Of a DNA stretch of 64,000 nucleotides, positions 1-8,772 are shown piece by piece. The notes beneath the pieces are model-generated. The model searched no databases. It was not told where the DNA came from and worked only from the letters and a program-made list of their open reading frames with translations. Each line of letters starts with the position of its first letter. Position 1 is the first letter of the stretch. The stretch spans positions 27,122-91,121 of the forward strand of contig JBILXY010000002.1 of assembly GCA_044378055.1 (NCBI GenBank). Direction: 5' to 3'. A program made the translations under genes and the position numbers. The stretch comes from Bdellovibrionales bacterium. Its GTDB lineage: Bacteria > Patescibacteriota > JACMRA01.

Positions 1-1
1 C

Positions 2-3000
2 AACTCGGTACGGTTTAGTTACGGAAATTTTGACGACCCCTTGAACAGGCCAAGTACAGCCGATATTTTATTCACCCTAACAGTTACCGACACACCATTT
101 GCCGATGGAGTTAATTTAGTTAACCAGGTTCGTTCCAATGTTGGAACCACCAATTCGGTAGGCCAAGTAGCCGATGCTATAGTTCCTGTTATTCTTTCAT
201 TGCCTGGATTAAACACTACCAAAGGCATAGTTTCCAGCGATGTTCCTGCAGCAGTTTATACACCGGTAACCAGAGGGCCTGTTACTTTCAACAACCCAGG
301 TGGTGCAAGTTGTACTTTAGCCAATCACAGATTTACTGGAACAATTAATTCAACTAACAGAACCGCAACACCAATCACAAGTAACATAAGCGGTTTAGAC
401 GCAGGCGATTTAGTAACCATGGTAACTACTGTTGAAAATACTGGTCTTGGGCCAAAAGGAGCCTTTAATGTTACTTTAAACGATGTTTTACCAGCAGGGC
501 TTACAATTCCAACAGGAGGATTAAATTTATGTGTTACCAACGGGGCCGGAACTCCATTAGCCTTTACCCCTGTAAACCCATTAGATACAAACCCATGGGT
601 ACAAAGTGGAATTAGGTTGACCGACCCAAGTGGAATTCAAGGCGCAATTTCAGCTTTTGATGCCACAAGTGGAACAAATATTGTGGTTATAAGTTATGAC
701 TTAGCTGTTGCAACTTCCGCTTCACCTAGGCAGGTATTAACGAACCAAAGCATTCTTTCTAATTATACTGCTTCTGCTGCTGGGCCAAACTTTCTTTCTT
801 CTTCCTTAACCGATTCAGCTAGTGTAACTTTAAGGGCTGGAACAACTGCCAAATCAATTCTTGGCACTAACCAAGCTAGTACTGCTGGTTTAAATGTAGC
901 CATTGGTGAACAAGTTCAATATAGGGTGGTGGTTACTGTTCCAGAAGGAACCTCGGCAAGTTCAACTATTGTGGACACATTGGATTCTGGGCTTGCTTTT
1001 GTTTCTGTAGATTCAATTACTTCCAGTTCAACCGATTTAACAACCAGTATAGTTGGTGGTTATCCAACAGTTTTAGCTAACCGGGTTGTTTCAAGTAGCG
1101 GGGCTGGCGCGACCAATGCTGGAAGAGTTCTAACTTTAAACTTTGGTACTTTAACCAATGTGAACACCAATAATGCCGTAGCAGAAACCATTACCATTGA
1201 TTATACAGTTGTGGTTATAAATACCGCAGGAGCCGTTCGTGGAACTAACTTAAATAACTCTGTTGTTTATAACTGGAATAATGGTTCTGCCCAAAGTTTA
1301 GCGACCGTTTCAGCAACCAATGTTGTAGTTGTAGAGCCAACTTTATTAACCAGCAAAACTGCCAGCGTGGCCACTGGAGACGCCAATGATATTATTACTT
1401 ACACCGTTACAGTAAACCATTCCGGAGCTTCAAACTTAGCAGCATCAGAGGTCAGCTTAAGCGATATTATTCCTGCTGGAATTACTTACCAAACTGGAAC
1501 TTTAGCCTATTTTTCAGGTGCTGTTCCAACTACTTTAACCGAAGCTAGCGGAACTATTACGGCCACCTGGACAACATTCCCGCTTGCAACAACTTCTGTG
1601 TTTAGATTCCAAGCTATAGTAAATACCAATGTAAATCCTTCACAACTTATTGCCAATGTGGCCAACACCCAGTGGACTTCTTTACCAGGAATAATTTCCA
1701 CCACTCAATCCACTTTCAACACCTTAGCCACAGAAAGAACAGGAAATGTAGGTGATGTTGGAGGTGCTGCAAACAATTACAGGGCTGCAGGAACTGCCAA
1801 CTTTACTGTACTTGGAACTATTCCTTTAAAAACTATTGTTACCACTTCCGAAAGCTTCACTGGAAATGTAGCTGGTGTGGAAAGATTAGCAGTTGGTGAA
1901 ATTGTAAGATACAGAATGGCCATTCGTGTACCTGAAGGAATTACCCCGGCTCTTGTTTTAACCGATAACCTGCCAGCTGGGCTTACCTTTATTAATGATG
2001 GAACTGCACTTTATGCCACAAGTTCAAACGGAGGTGTGGTTTCAAGCGTAGGTGCTTTGGCTGTTGGTTGTGATCAAGTAGGTTCTAGCAATGCAATTAC
2101 TGCCACTTGTGCTATTCCGGGTGGAAATATTACTGGAAGCCCATTTAACGATGGAACTGACCCAAGTTTTGTGCTTGGAAGCATTACTAATACCGATAAT
2201 GATGTTAATGAAGAATTCGTTATTGTGGAATTTAATGCTTTAGTTTCCAATGTGGCTGGTAACCAAGCCTTCAACCAAACTACTTCGGCAGTTACAAATA
2301 CAACTTTAGCTAACACTTTCCAAAGCTTTATTAATACATCTACTCTGGTTGGAACTTCAACAGCCCTTAACATTCAAGTGGCAGAACCATTGATTAATAA
2401 TTTGGCTGAATCTTTAGTAGTTGTTCCTACCGATGCTGGTGATCCGATTGAATATAATATTACTTTCAGTAACACTGCCACTGGAAATAATGCATCCCCA
2501 GCTTTTGATTTAACTTTGGTTGACCAACTAAGTTCTAACTTTGATTTGTTAACTGTTACCGTAACTTCTAAACCTGGATACACCAATGTAACCGACAATT
2601 CTGTTACCCCAACTGGACTTGCAAGCTTAGTTTTTGATAGATTAAACCCAGGTGATTCAATTACAGTAAGAATAACCGGACAAGTTATAAGTGCCTTTAA
2701 CCTTGGTGGTAATTTACAAAGCAATCCAAGTTTAAGATACACTTCCCTACCTGGAACTGGAACTGCTTCTAACCCAACTGGTTCTGTTACCCCAATTAGC
2801 CCTGCAACTTCAACTGAAAGAACTGGAACAACCTTGCCAGCTCAAAACGATTATCAGACTTTTGCTTCCTTTAATATTCCAACAGGTACAAATATTGGTG
2901 TCGATAAAATTACACCTGCAATCACCAGTTATACCATTGGTGAACAGCCAGTTTTCGACATTAGAGTTAACCTGCAAGAAGGTGTTATAAACAGTGTGAG

Positions 3001-6000
3001 GGTGAGAGACACCCTACCGGTTGGTTTGGATTTGGTTAGTTATCAGGTAATTACAACCGCGGCTGCAAGTTCAGGGGCTTTAAGCCAAGATTTTGCAGGA
3101 ACTTTAAACCCAGAAACTTTATCAGTATCAGGTCAAAATGCTACTTGGAATTTTGGTAATGTTAATGTAACCTCGGATAATATTAATACAAACAATACAT
3201 TTATAATTAGAGTTACCACCAGAGTTAACAATTTACCTTCCAACATTAATAATTTTGTGCTGGTTAATAATTCCAGTGTAATTTATCAAAACCCTACCAC
3301 CTTGCTTGATGTTACCGTAGTTGATCCTACCCCTGTAAGTATTACAGTTTTAGAACCAGTGATGAGTATTACCAAGGTGTTCAGCCCATCCAGCGCTGCA
3401 CCAAACGATGTCGTAAATATTACATTAACTGCCACAAATAGCGGGGGATCTACTTCTTTCGAAACTAATATTCAAGATTTAGTTAACACAAGTTCCCACT
3501 TTACAAATGTCACCCCAATTACCACCCCAGTAGGATTTACATACTCAACTGCTCCTAGTGGCGGCAATACAATGGTAACTTACACAGGTGGAAATATTCC
3601 TGCCGGTCAGAACAGAGTGTTTGTATTTTCAGCTCAAGTTCAAAGCACATTAGCGGGAGGGCAAACAATTAATAACTCGGCTTCTATAACCCAATCTACT
3701 ACTCTTTCCGGTGTTTCAGCTTTTGAAAGATTAGAACCAGTTGTTAGTGGAAATGCCAACTTAGTTATTCAAGTTCCAGATTTAGTTTTAACCAAAACTG
3801 ATGCTCAAACTACAGTAATTCCAGGTCAAAACCTAGTTTATAACCTTACTGTTACCAATAGCGGAACATACAGGGCAGATAATGTTACAATTACTGAAAA
3901 CCTTCCTGCCAATACAACTTTTAGCGCCACAAACAGTTTACCAGATGTCTGGAGCGGAACAGGACCATACACCATAAATATTGGAACTTTAAACCCAGGA
4001 CAGACCAGAATTGTAAGATTTGCAGTTCAAGTAAATGCTTCAGTACCAAGCGGAGTAACCAGCCTTACCAACAATGCCAGCGTAGTTGATGATGGAACCC
4101 ATGGGGCAGATTTAACCCCTCTAAATAACCAAGCTACGGATGTTGATGTTTTAAATGCCACCCCAGATTTAACCATAACCAAAACCGACGGAAATGTAAC
4201 TGTAACTACTGGAGACTTGATTACCTATACTTTGGGATACAATAATGCGGGCAATCAAAATGCCACTGGTGTGGTAATTTCTGAAACCGTTCCTGCCAAT
4301 ACCACCTTCAATTCTGCCGGCTCAACATCGGGCTGGAGTTGTACTAATGGGGCAATCGCTGGAAGTGTTTGTAACTTTACCATAGGAAACCTTTCGGTAG
4401 GTACAAGCGGTTCTGTAAACTTCGCCGTAACCACCAATGCTACAATACCTGCTGGCGTAAATAATATAACCAACACTGCCACAATTACCGATGATGGAAC
4501 TAATGGAATTGACCCTACCCCCGTAAACAACCAAGCCACTGAACCTACCCCAATTACCGCCACCCCAGATATTGTAATTACCAAAACTGATGGCCAAACT
4601 ACTGTTCTACCAAGCCAAACTTTAACTTATACTTTAACAATTTCAAATGTTGGTAACCAAGGGGCATCAGGAGTGGTAATATCAGATACTTTGCCTGCTG
4701 GAATGAACTATAATTCTTCTTCAAATGCTGGTGTTCCAAGCGGACAAACAATTACATGGCCAACAATTTCACTGGCTGCTGGTGCTGTTATAACTAGAAC
4801 TGTTACAGTTACATTAAACAGTAATTTCCCTTCTGGAGTAAATAGTTTAACCAACAACGCCGCTGCTAATGATGATGGAACAAACGGAGCTGATCCTACC
4901 CCATTGAATAATGCAACTACTGATGTTGATACTTTAAATGCAGCCCCAGATTTAAGAATTACCAAAACTGATGGCGGCGCAACCCCTGTTCCAGGCAATA
5001 ACCTTATTTATACTTTAAATTACGATAATATCGGCAACCAAAACGCCACCGGTGTAGTTATAACCGAGACTGTTCCTAATGATACTACTTTCAGTACAAC
5101 AGGATCTAGTGTTGGTTGGAGCTGTGCTAATGGTGCTGTGGCTGGAACAACTTGTTCGTTTAATGTTGGAAACTTTAATGTTGGAGCTACTGGAAGTATT
5201 ACATTTGCTGTTTTAGTAGATAATCCTTTGCCTAGTGGTGTTGATACAATTACCAATACTGTTTCTATTGCTGATGATGGTACTAATGGTGTGGATCAGA
5301 ATTTAGCCGATAACCAAGCAACCGAAACAACCCCAGTTATTGCCGCCCCAGAAATTTCCATAACCAAAACCGATGGTAAAACCAATTTGGATCCTGACGA
5401 ATTAAATACTTACACTTTAACCATCACCAACAATGGTAATCAAGATGCTACCGGAGTGGTTATTACCGACACATTGCCTCTTTCACTTGGCTATCTAACT
5501 TCAAGCGATTCAGGTGTATTTGCAAGCCCTACAATAACTTGGCCAACTATAACCTTGGCAGCAGGCCAAACAGTAACAAGAACAGTGGATGTTGTGGTTG
5601 CAGATTCTGCCCCAATTCCTGCCGGTCTTGAAACTATAAGAAACGAAGCTTCAGCTAATGATGATGGAACAAACGGAGCCGACCCTATTCCAGCCAATAA
5701 CATAACCGAGGATATTGACACCATAACTGGTTTACCAGACTTAAGAATTACCAAAACAGATAACCAAACTACTGCTACACCAAATCAGCTGGTTATTTAC
5801 AATCTTAATGTTCAAAACACAGGTAATCAAAATGCTTCGGGGGTTATTGTAACTGAAACTGTTCCTGCTGGAAGTACTTTTGTGGCTTCATCAAGCACTC
5901 CAGGCTGGGTTTGTGCTGGCGGAGGAATTGCAGGAAGCACTTGTACATTTAGCCTTGGTGGTTTAAACGGAGGAAGCTCTGCGCCACTAGATTTTGCCGT

Positions 6001-7462
6001 GCAAACAGATACAACAATTAGCGTTCCAAGTTTAATTAACACAACCACAGTAGCCGATGACGGTTTAGGCGGAATTGATGCAACCCCATTGAACAATACA
6101 TCAACTGATACAGATAATTTCCTTGGTAATCCTGATATATCTGTAACTAAAGACGACCTTTTGACTATAGCAAACCCAGGACAAATTTTACCTTACAGCA
6201 TAACTGTTACCAATTTAGGAAATGTTATTTCCACAGGTATTTCCGTGATAGACACAATTCCAGTACAAACTAACTTTGTAAGTGCTTCAAATTCAGGAAC
6301 TTACAACCCAACTGGAAGAACAGTTTCTTGGAACATACCAACTTTAACCCCAGGTCAAAGTGTAATTTTCACAACCAACATCCAAGTAAATAGTTTAATA
6401 CCGGCTGGAATTGATAATCTTTCCAACACTGTTGCTGTAATCGATGATGGAACCCATGGTGTTGATTTAGATTTAAGTAATAATAACGCCGAAGATATTG
6501 ACTTTTTGCAAGCAAGGCCAGAGTTAGAAATTATAAAAACCAGTAACCAAGCTTCAGCCTTCCCTAATGAAATATACATTTACCAACTAAATTATGCTAA
6601 CATAGGCGACCAAGGCAGCACTGGGGTTGTAATAACCGAAACTGTTCCAAATTATTCTACATTTAGCACGACAGGATCTTCCTCAGGTTGGAGCTGTAAT
6701 AACGGCGATATTGCAGGCACAACTTGTACTTATAATGTTGGAGGCTTGGCAGCTACCGAAACCGGTTTAATAACCTTCGCAGTAAGGCTTAATAGCACAG
6801 TTCCAACTGGTATTACCGAGTTAATTAACGAAGTTGAAATTGCTGACGATGGAAACAACGGAAATGAACCAATTTTGGCTAATAACTTCTCTTCACTGAC
6901 TACCCCAATTCCTAAGGTTGATTTGGAAATTATAAAAACTGTTGATAAAACCTCAGTTAGTTTACAAGAAGAACTAACCTACAACTTTATTTACAGAAAC
7001 TTAGGCCCTGATATTGCTACAAATGTTGTAATGTCAGATTTACTTCCTGCAGGCTTCCAGTTCATAAGTGCCAGCCAGAACAATTTGCCAATCACCGTTC
7101 AACTTTCAGATGGTGGAAACGGCAGAACCTTAATTCAGTACCAATTAGGTGCACTGCAACCTGGCTTTGAAGGAACACTTTCAGTTCGAACCAAAATTAT
7201 TAACCCAAGTGCTGGCCAAATTGAAAATCAGGTGACTATTCAATCACGCGAAGTAGATCCTGAAGTTTCCAACAACAGAAGTTCAGCTTTTGTTGAGGTA
7301 ATAATTCCAGGGCAAGGACCAAATTACAACAAATATGTTGTCCGTACCGGAGGAGAATTTTACTCAGGCCTAACAATGCTTATTCTAGCCCTAGTAAGCG
7401 GAGTATATCTACTAAGCTTCCAACCAAATTCCAAGAGAAAAACGGTAGAAGAAAAAGTTTAA
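2..7462 (+). CDS. Giant cell-surface/adhesin-like protein, 5'-partial (2,486 codons in the window), built from DUF11-type 'conserved repeat domain' modules. It ends in a C-terminal sorting-signal-like membrane anchor.
   Basis: The frame is open from nt 2, with no stop upstream of the TTG at 41 used by the ORF track, so the gene probably starts left of the window. A recurring signature is seen: P[DE]LxITKTDG..PGxxLxYTLxxxNxGNQxATGVVIxxTLP...DDGTNGxDPxPxNN. Composition is Thr/Asn/Val-rich. The C-terminus reads VVRTGG-EFYSG-LTMLILALVSGVYLLSF-QPNSKRK. Confidence 0.85.
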   Translation, partial: NSVRFSYGNFDDPLNRPSTADILFTLTVTDTPFADGVNLVNQVRSNVGTTNSVGQVADAIVPVILSLPGLNTTKGIVSSDVPAAVYTPVTRGPVTFNNPGGASCTLANHRFTGTINSTNRTATPITSNISGLDAGDLVTMVTTVENTGLGPKGAFNVTLNDVLPAGLTIPTGGLNLCVTNGAGTPLAFTPVNPLDTNPWVQSGIRLTDPSGIQGAISAFDATSGTNIVVISYDLAVATSASPRQVLTNQSILSNYTASAAGPNFLSSSLTDSASVTLRAGTTAKSILGTNQASTAGLNVAIGEQVQYRVVVTVPEGTSASSTIVDTLDSGLAFVSVDSITSSSTDLTTSIVGGYPTVLANRVVSSSGAGATNAGRVLTLNFGTLTNVNTNNAVAETITIDYTVVVINTAGAVRGTNLNNSVVYNWNNGSAQSLATVSATNVVVVEPTLLTSKTASVATGDANDIITYTVTVNHSGASNLAASEVSLSDIIPAGITYQTGTLAYFSGAVPTTLTEASGTITATWTTFPLATTSVFRFQAIVNTNVNPSQLIANVANTQWTSLPGIISTTQSTFNTLATERTGNVGDVGGAANNYRAAGTANFTVLGTIPLKTIVTTSESFTGNVAGVERLAVGEIVRYRMAIRVPEGITPALVLTDNLPAGLTFINDGTALYATSSNGGVVSSVGALAVGCDQVGSSNAITATCAIPGGNITGSPFNDGTDPSFVLGSITNTDNDVNEEFVIVEFNALVSNVAGNQAFNQTTSAVTNTTLANTFQSFINTSTLVGTSTALNIQVAEPLINNLAESLVVVPTDAGDPIEYNITFSNTATGNNASPAFDLTLVDQLSSNFDLLTVTVTSKPGYTNVTDNSVTPTGLASLVFDRLNPGDSITVRITGQVISAFNLGGNLQSNPSLRYTSLPGTGTASNPTGSVTPISPATSTERTGTTLPAQNDYQTFASFNIPTGTNIGVDKITPAITSYTIGEQPVFDIRVNLQEGVINSVRVRDTLPVGLDLVSYQVITTAAASSGALSQDFAGTLNPETLSVSGQNATWNFGNVNVTSDNINTNNTFIIRVTTRVNNLPSNINNFVLVNNSSVIYQNPTTLLDVTVVDPTPVSITVLEPVMSITKVFSPSSAAPNDVVNITLTATNSGGSTSFETNIQDLVNTSSHFTNVTPITTPVGFTYSTAPSGGNTMVTYTGGNIPAGQNRVFVFSAQVQSTLAGGQTINNSASITQSTTLSGVSAFERLEPVVSGNANLVIQVPDLVLTKTDAQTTVIPGQNLVYNLTVTNSGTYRADNVTITENLPANTTFSATNSLPDVWSGTGPYTINIGTLNPGQTRIVRFAVQVNASVPSGVTSLTNNASVVDDGTHGADLTPLNNQATDVDVLNATPDLTITKTDGNVTVTTGDLITYTLGYNNAGNQNATGVVISETVPANTTFNSAGSTSGWSCTNGAIAGSVCNFTIGNLSVGTSGSVNFAVTTNATIPAGVNNITNTATITDDGTNGIDPTPVNNQATEPTPITATPDIVITKTDGQTTVLPSQTLTYTLTISNVGNQGASGVVISDTLPAGMNYNSSSNAGVPSGQTITWPTISLAAGAVITRTVTVTLNSNFPSGVNSLTNNAAANDDGTNGADPTPLNNATTDVDTLNAAPDLRITKTDGGATPVPGNNLIYTLNYDNIGNQNATGVVITETVPNDTTFSTTGSSVGWSCANGAVAGTTCSFNVGNFNVGATGSITFAVLVDNPLPSGVDTITNTVSIADDGTNGVDQNLADNQATETTPVIAAPEISITKTDGKTNLDPDELNTYTLTITNNGNQDATGVVITDTLPLSLGYLTSSDSGVFASPTITWPTITLAAGQTVTRTVDVVVADSAPIPAGLETIRNEASANDDGTNGADPIPANNITEDIDTITGLPDLRITKTDNQTTATPNQLVIYNLNVQNTGNQNASGVIVTETVPAGSTFVASSSTPGWVCAGGGIAGSTCTFSLGGLNGGSSAPLDFAVQTDTTISVPSLINTTTVADDGLGGIDATPLNNTSTDTDNFLGNPDISVTKDDLLTIANPGQILPYSITVTNLGNVISTGISVIDTIPVQTNFVSASNSGTYNPTGRTVSWNIPTLTPGQSVIFTTNIQVNSLIPAGIDNLSNTVAVIDDGTHGVDLDLSNNNAEDIDFLQARPELEIIKTSNQASAFPNEIYIYQLNYANIGDQGSTGVVITETVPNYSTFSTTGSSSGWSCNNGDIAGTTCTYNVGGLAATETGLITFAVRLNSTVPTGITELINEVEIADDGNNGNEPILANNFSSLTTPIPKVDLEIIKTVDKTSVSLQEELTYNFIYRNLGPDIATNVVMSDLLPAGFQFISASQNNLPITVQLSDGGNGRTLIQYQLGALQPGFEGTLSVRTKIINPSAGQIENQVTIQSREVDPEVSNNRSSAFVEVIIPGQGPNYNKYVVRTGGEFYSGLTMLILALVSGVYLLSFQPNSKRKTVEEKV
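3775..7290 (+). repeat. In-frame tandem array of 9 DUF11-like units inside the giant gene.
   Basis: Unit starts (PDL/PDI/PEL..TKTDG) are at 3775, 4163, 4565, 4946, 5348, 5735, 6131, 6518 and 6914, giving spacings of 381-402 nt. Two unit types alternate. One carries GWSCxxGxxAGxxC; the other carries TITWPTIxLAAG. Confidence 0.85.
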
Positions 7463-7473
7463 CCCAAATGCAG

Positions 7474-7492
7474 GGGAATGCTTGCCATTCCC
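7474..7492. repeat. GC-rich hairpin GGGAATG-CTTGC-CATTCCC. It belongs to the 'GGG..CTTG..CCC' family also seen at 38853, 39074, 39147 and 56607.
   Basis: A perfect 7-bp stem lies 12 nt after the stop of the giant gene. It is not followed by a T-tract, so it is not a canonical terminator. Confidence 0.6.
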
Positions 7493-7553
7493 GTTGAGGG
7501 CCGTAGCGTCGAACGCGGATCGACATGGATCGACATGAAAAAAAACGAGGCCC

Positions 7554-7594
7554 ATTCTCCCTTGTAAAGGGAGGTGCCCAACGGGCGGAGGGTT
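7554..7594 (+). repeat. Two-hairpin GC-rich repeat, family B copy.
   Basis: Sequence ATTCTCCCTTGTAAAGGGAGGTGCCCAACGGGCGGAGGGTT. Hairpin 1 is CTCCCTT/AAGGGAG, hairpin 2 is GCCC-AAC-GGGC, and a G-rich tail follows. Confidence 0.7.
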
Positions 7595-7643
7595 AGAAGC
7601 GTAGGCAAAGGGAAGTTGGAGGGTTATTGGCAAAACTGACACC

Positions 7644-7689
7644 AATTCCCCCTTGAGAAGGGGGTGGCAACCGCAGGTTGACGGGGGTT
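7644..7689 (+). repeat. Two-hairpin GC-rich repeat, family B copy.
   Basis: Sequence AATTCCCCCTTGAGAAGGGGGTGGCAACCGCAGGTTGACGGGGGTT. Hairpin 1 is CCCCCTT/AAGGGGG, hairpin 2 is CAACC-GCA-GGTTG, and the tail is GACGGGGG. Confidence 0.75.
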
Positions 7690-7711
7690 AAAAAAACTCC
7701 CCTTGCGGGGA
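7689..7711 (-). terminator. Intrinsic terminator downstream of tRNA-Thr.
   Basis: The minus strand reads TCCCC-GCAA-GGGGA followed by GTTTTTTTAA, 12 nt after the tRNA 3' end. Confidence 0.7.
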
Positions 7712-7722
7712 ATTAAAATTTC

Positions 7723-7798
7723 TGGAGCCAACAATCGGATTCGAACCGATGACCTTTTCCTTACCATGGAAATGCTCTACCGACTGAGCTATGTTGGC
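7723..7798 (-). tRNA. tRNA-Thr (anticodon GGU), CCA encoded.
   Basis: Manual cloverleaf on the minus strand. Acceptor GCCAACA/TGTTGGC; D arm GCTC-AGTCGGTA-GAGC; anticodon arm TTTCC-ATGGTAA-GGAAA; T arm ATCGG-TTCGAAT-CCGAT; discriminator T followed by CCA. Confidence 0.9.
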
Positions 7799-7892
7799 GT
7801 CTGTTTCATTAAAAAAAGAAGTTAGCAGGCTTTTTGTCAAGCTAATCCCTTTGAGTATACTAGGAGGCTGGGCTACTTATCGTGAACTTGAG

Positions 7893-7924
7893 CTACACTG
7901 TCATCCTGAATTTATTTCAGGATC
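7893..7924 (+). repeat. Hairpin repeat, family C (CTACACTGTCATCCTGAA-loop-TTCAGGAT).
   Basis: ATCCTGAA-TTTAT-TTCAGGAT forms an 8-bp stem. The same arms recur at 8037-8048, 56658-56687 and 56697-56711. This element generates the spurious ORF 7791..7985 (peptide ...HCHPEFISGS...). Confidence 0.7.
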
Positions 7925-8004
7925 TAAAACTGTAAACGACAGTAGCATTGGAAACTTGCCAATTTCTGCCACCCTACACATGTAAACTAATTCATCATCA
8001 CAAT

Positions 8005-8026
8005 GGAGACTGGGAGTCTCCGCTAC
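8005..8026 (+). repeat. REP-like element, family A: GGAGACT-GGG-AGTCTCC + GCTAC.
   Basis: A perfect 7-bp palindrome plus a CTAC tail (GTAG on the opposite strand). Near-identical copies lie at 9987, 10561 and 18913. Confidence 0.8.
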
Positions 8027-8129
8027 AGCCTCGCTTTCATCCTGAATTATACACCAAAAAATTTACCCTTGCCATATATCAAAATGAAATTAAATAAGAA
8101 ACTAGGTTAGTATTATATAGGAGAAGCTA

Positions 8130-8657
8130 ATGTTAGATTGTTTAGGATGGATACGTAGTCTATTTACCTTTGGCTTGTGCTTGTTGATTTTTTCCTCATG
8201 TGCAACAGCCCTGTTTTTTAAACCTACACCACAACCACAGCCGAACGTGGCTATAGAAACACAGCAAGAAAGATTGAATACAAAAGAATCCAGTAAAAAC
8301 CTTACAACAAAAGGCGATATTTATAAGGAAAAAACTATAAAGATTTTGGATTCCGAAGGTAAACCCATTCGCGATGGAAATACTCCAGGTGCTATTTTAT
8401 TTATCGAGGTAAGCCAGAATCTATATCTTGGAGAAACAGCAGAAACAGCGAGATTCATTAAATACTTGCCAGGCGATGATCCGAGCTGGGTTTCAGACGG
8501 ACGAAAAACTTTACCTTACTCTGAACTTGGCAGATATTATAGAAACAAAGATGAGTTGCTTGCGGTTCAAACTTTAATATGTGCGAAGCAAAAAAGGACA
8601 TATGACGAAAATGGCTATTACATTTACGAACCGAAACCAGTTGCTTGCCCAAATTAG
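8130..8657 (+). CDS. Hypothetical secreted protein or lipoprotein.
   Basis: 175-aa ORF with an N-terminal hydrophobic segment ending LLIFSSC (lipobox-like). No family recognised. Confidence 0.5.
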   Translation: MLDCLGWIRSLFTFGLCLLIFSSCATALFFKPTPQPQPNVAIETQQERLNTKESSKNLTTKGDIYKEKTIKILDSEGKPIRDGNTPGAILFIEVSQNLYLGETAETARFIKYLPGDDPSWVSDGRKTLPYSELGRYYRNKDELLAVQTLICAKQKRTYDENGYYIYEPKPVACPN

Positions 8658-8772
8658 TTTTAATTATGAGCAAAATTACAACCCCTGTACAACACAGGGT
8701 TTTATCATGCCCAATTTCAGAACATTTATTTTACTTGCCAAAGCTAAAATTCTTAGAAAGAGTAAAGCACAT

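Noticed and set aside
19-6579. Many 60-120-aa minus-strand ORFs inside the giant gene (19..228, 325..540, 1507..1704, 2074..2742, 4255..4597, 4708..6096, 6355..6579).
   Set aside because: They are antisense shadow ORFs of a long, compositionally biased, repetitive coding region. They repeat with the same period as the sense-strand units and have no independent signals.
7517-7536. Tandem GGATCGACAT x2, and the general repeat density, considered as a possible CRISPR array or tmRNA 5' end.
   Set aside because: There are only two 10-nt units with no spacers. No cas genes are present, and there is no tRNA-like 3' domain or tag ORF. No CRISPR array is present anywhere in the window.
7412-7985. Track ORFs 7412..7645 (-) and 7791..7985 (+).
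   Set aside because: Both are read-throughs of the GC-rich repeat island, giving peptides such as ...PPVGHLPLQGR... and ...HCHPEFISGS.... The second also overlaps the tRNA-Thr gene.
8581-8772. Longer N-terminus for the zwf-like gene (start at 8581 or 8707).
   Set aside because: The 8581 start overlaps the upstream lipoprotein-like gene by 77 nt. It also adds sequence with no counterpart in G6PD. The dinucleotide-binding motif follows the ATG at 8773 directly.
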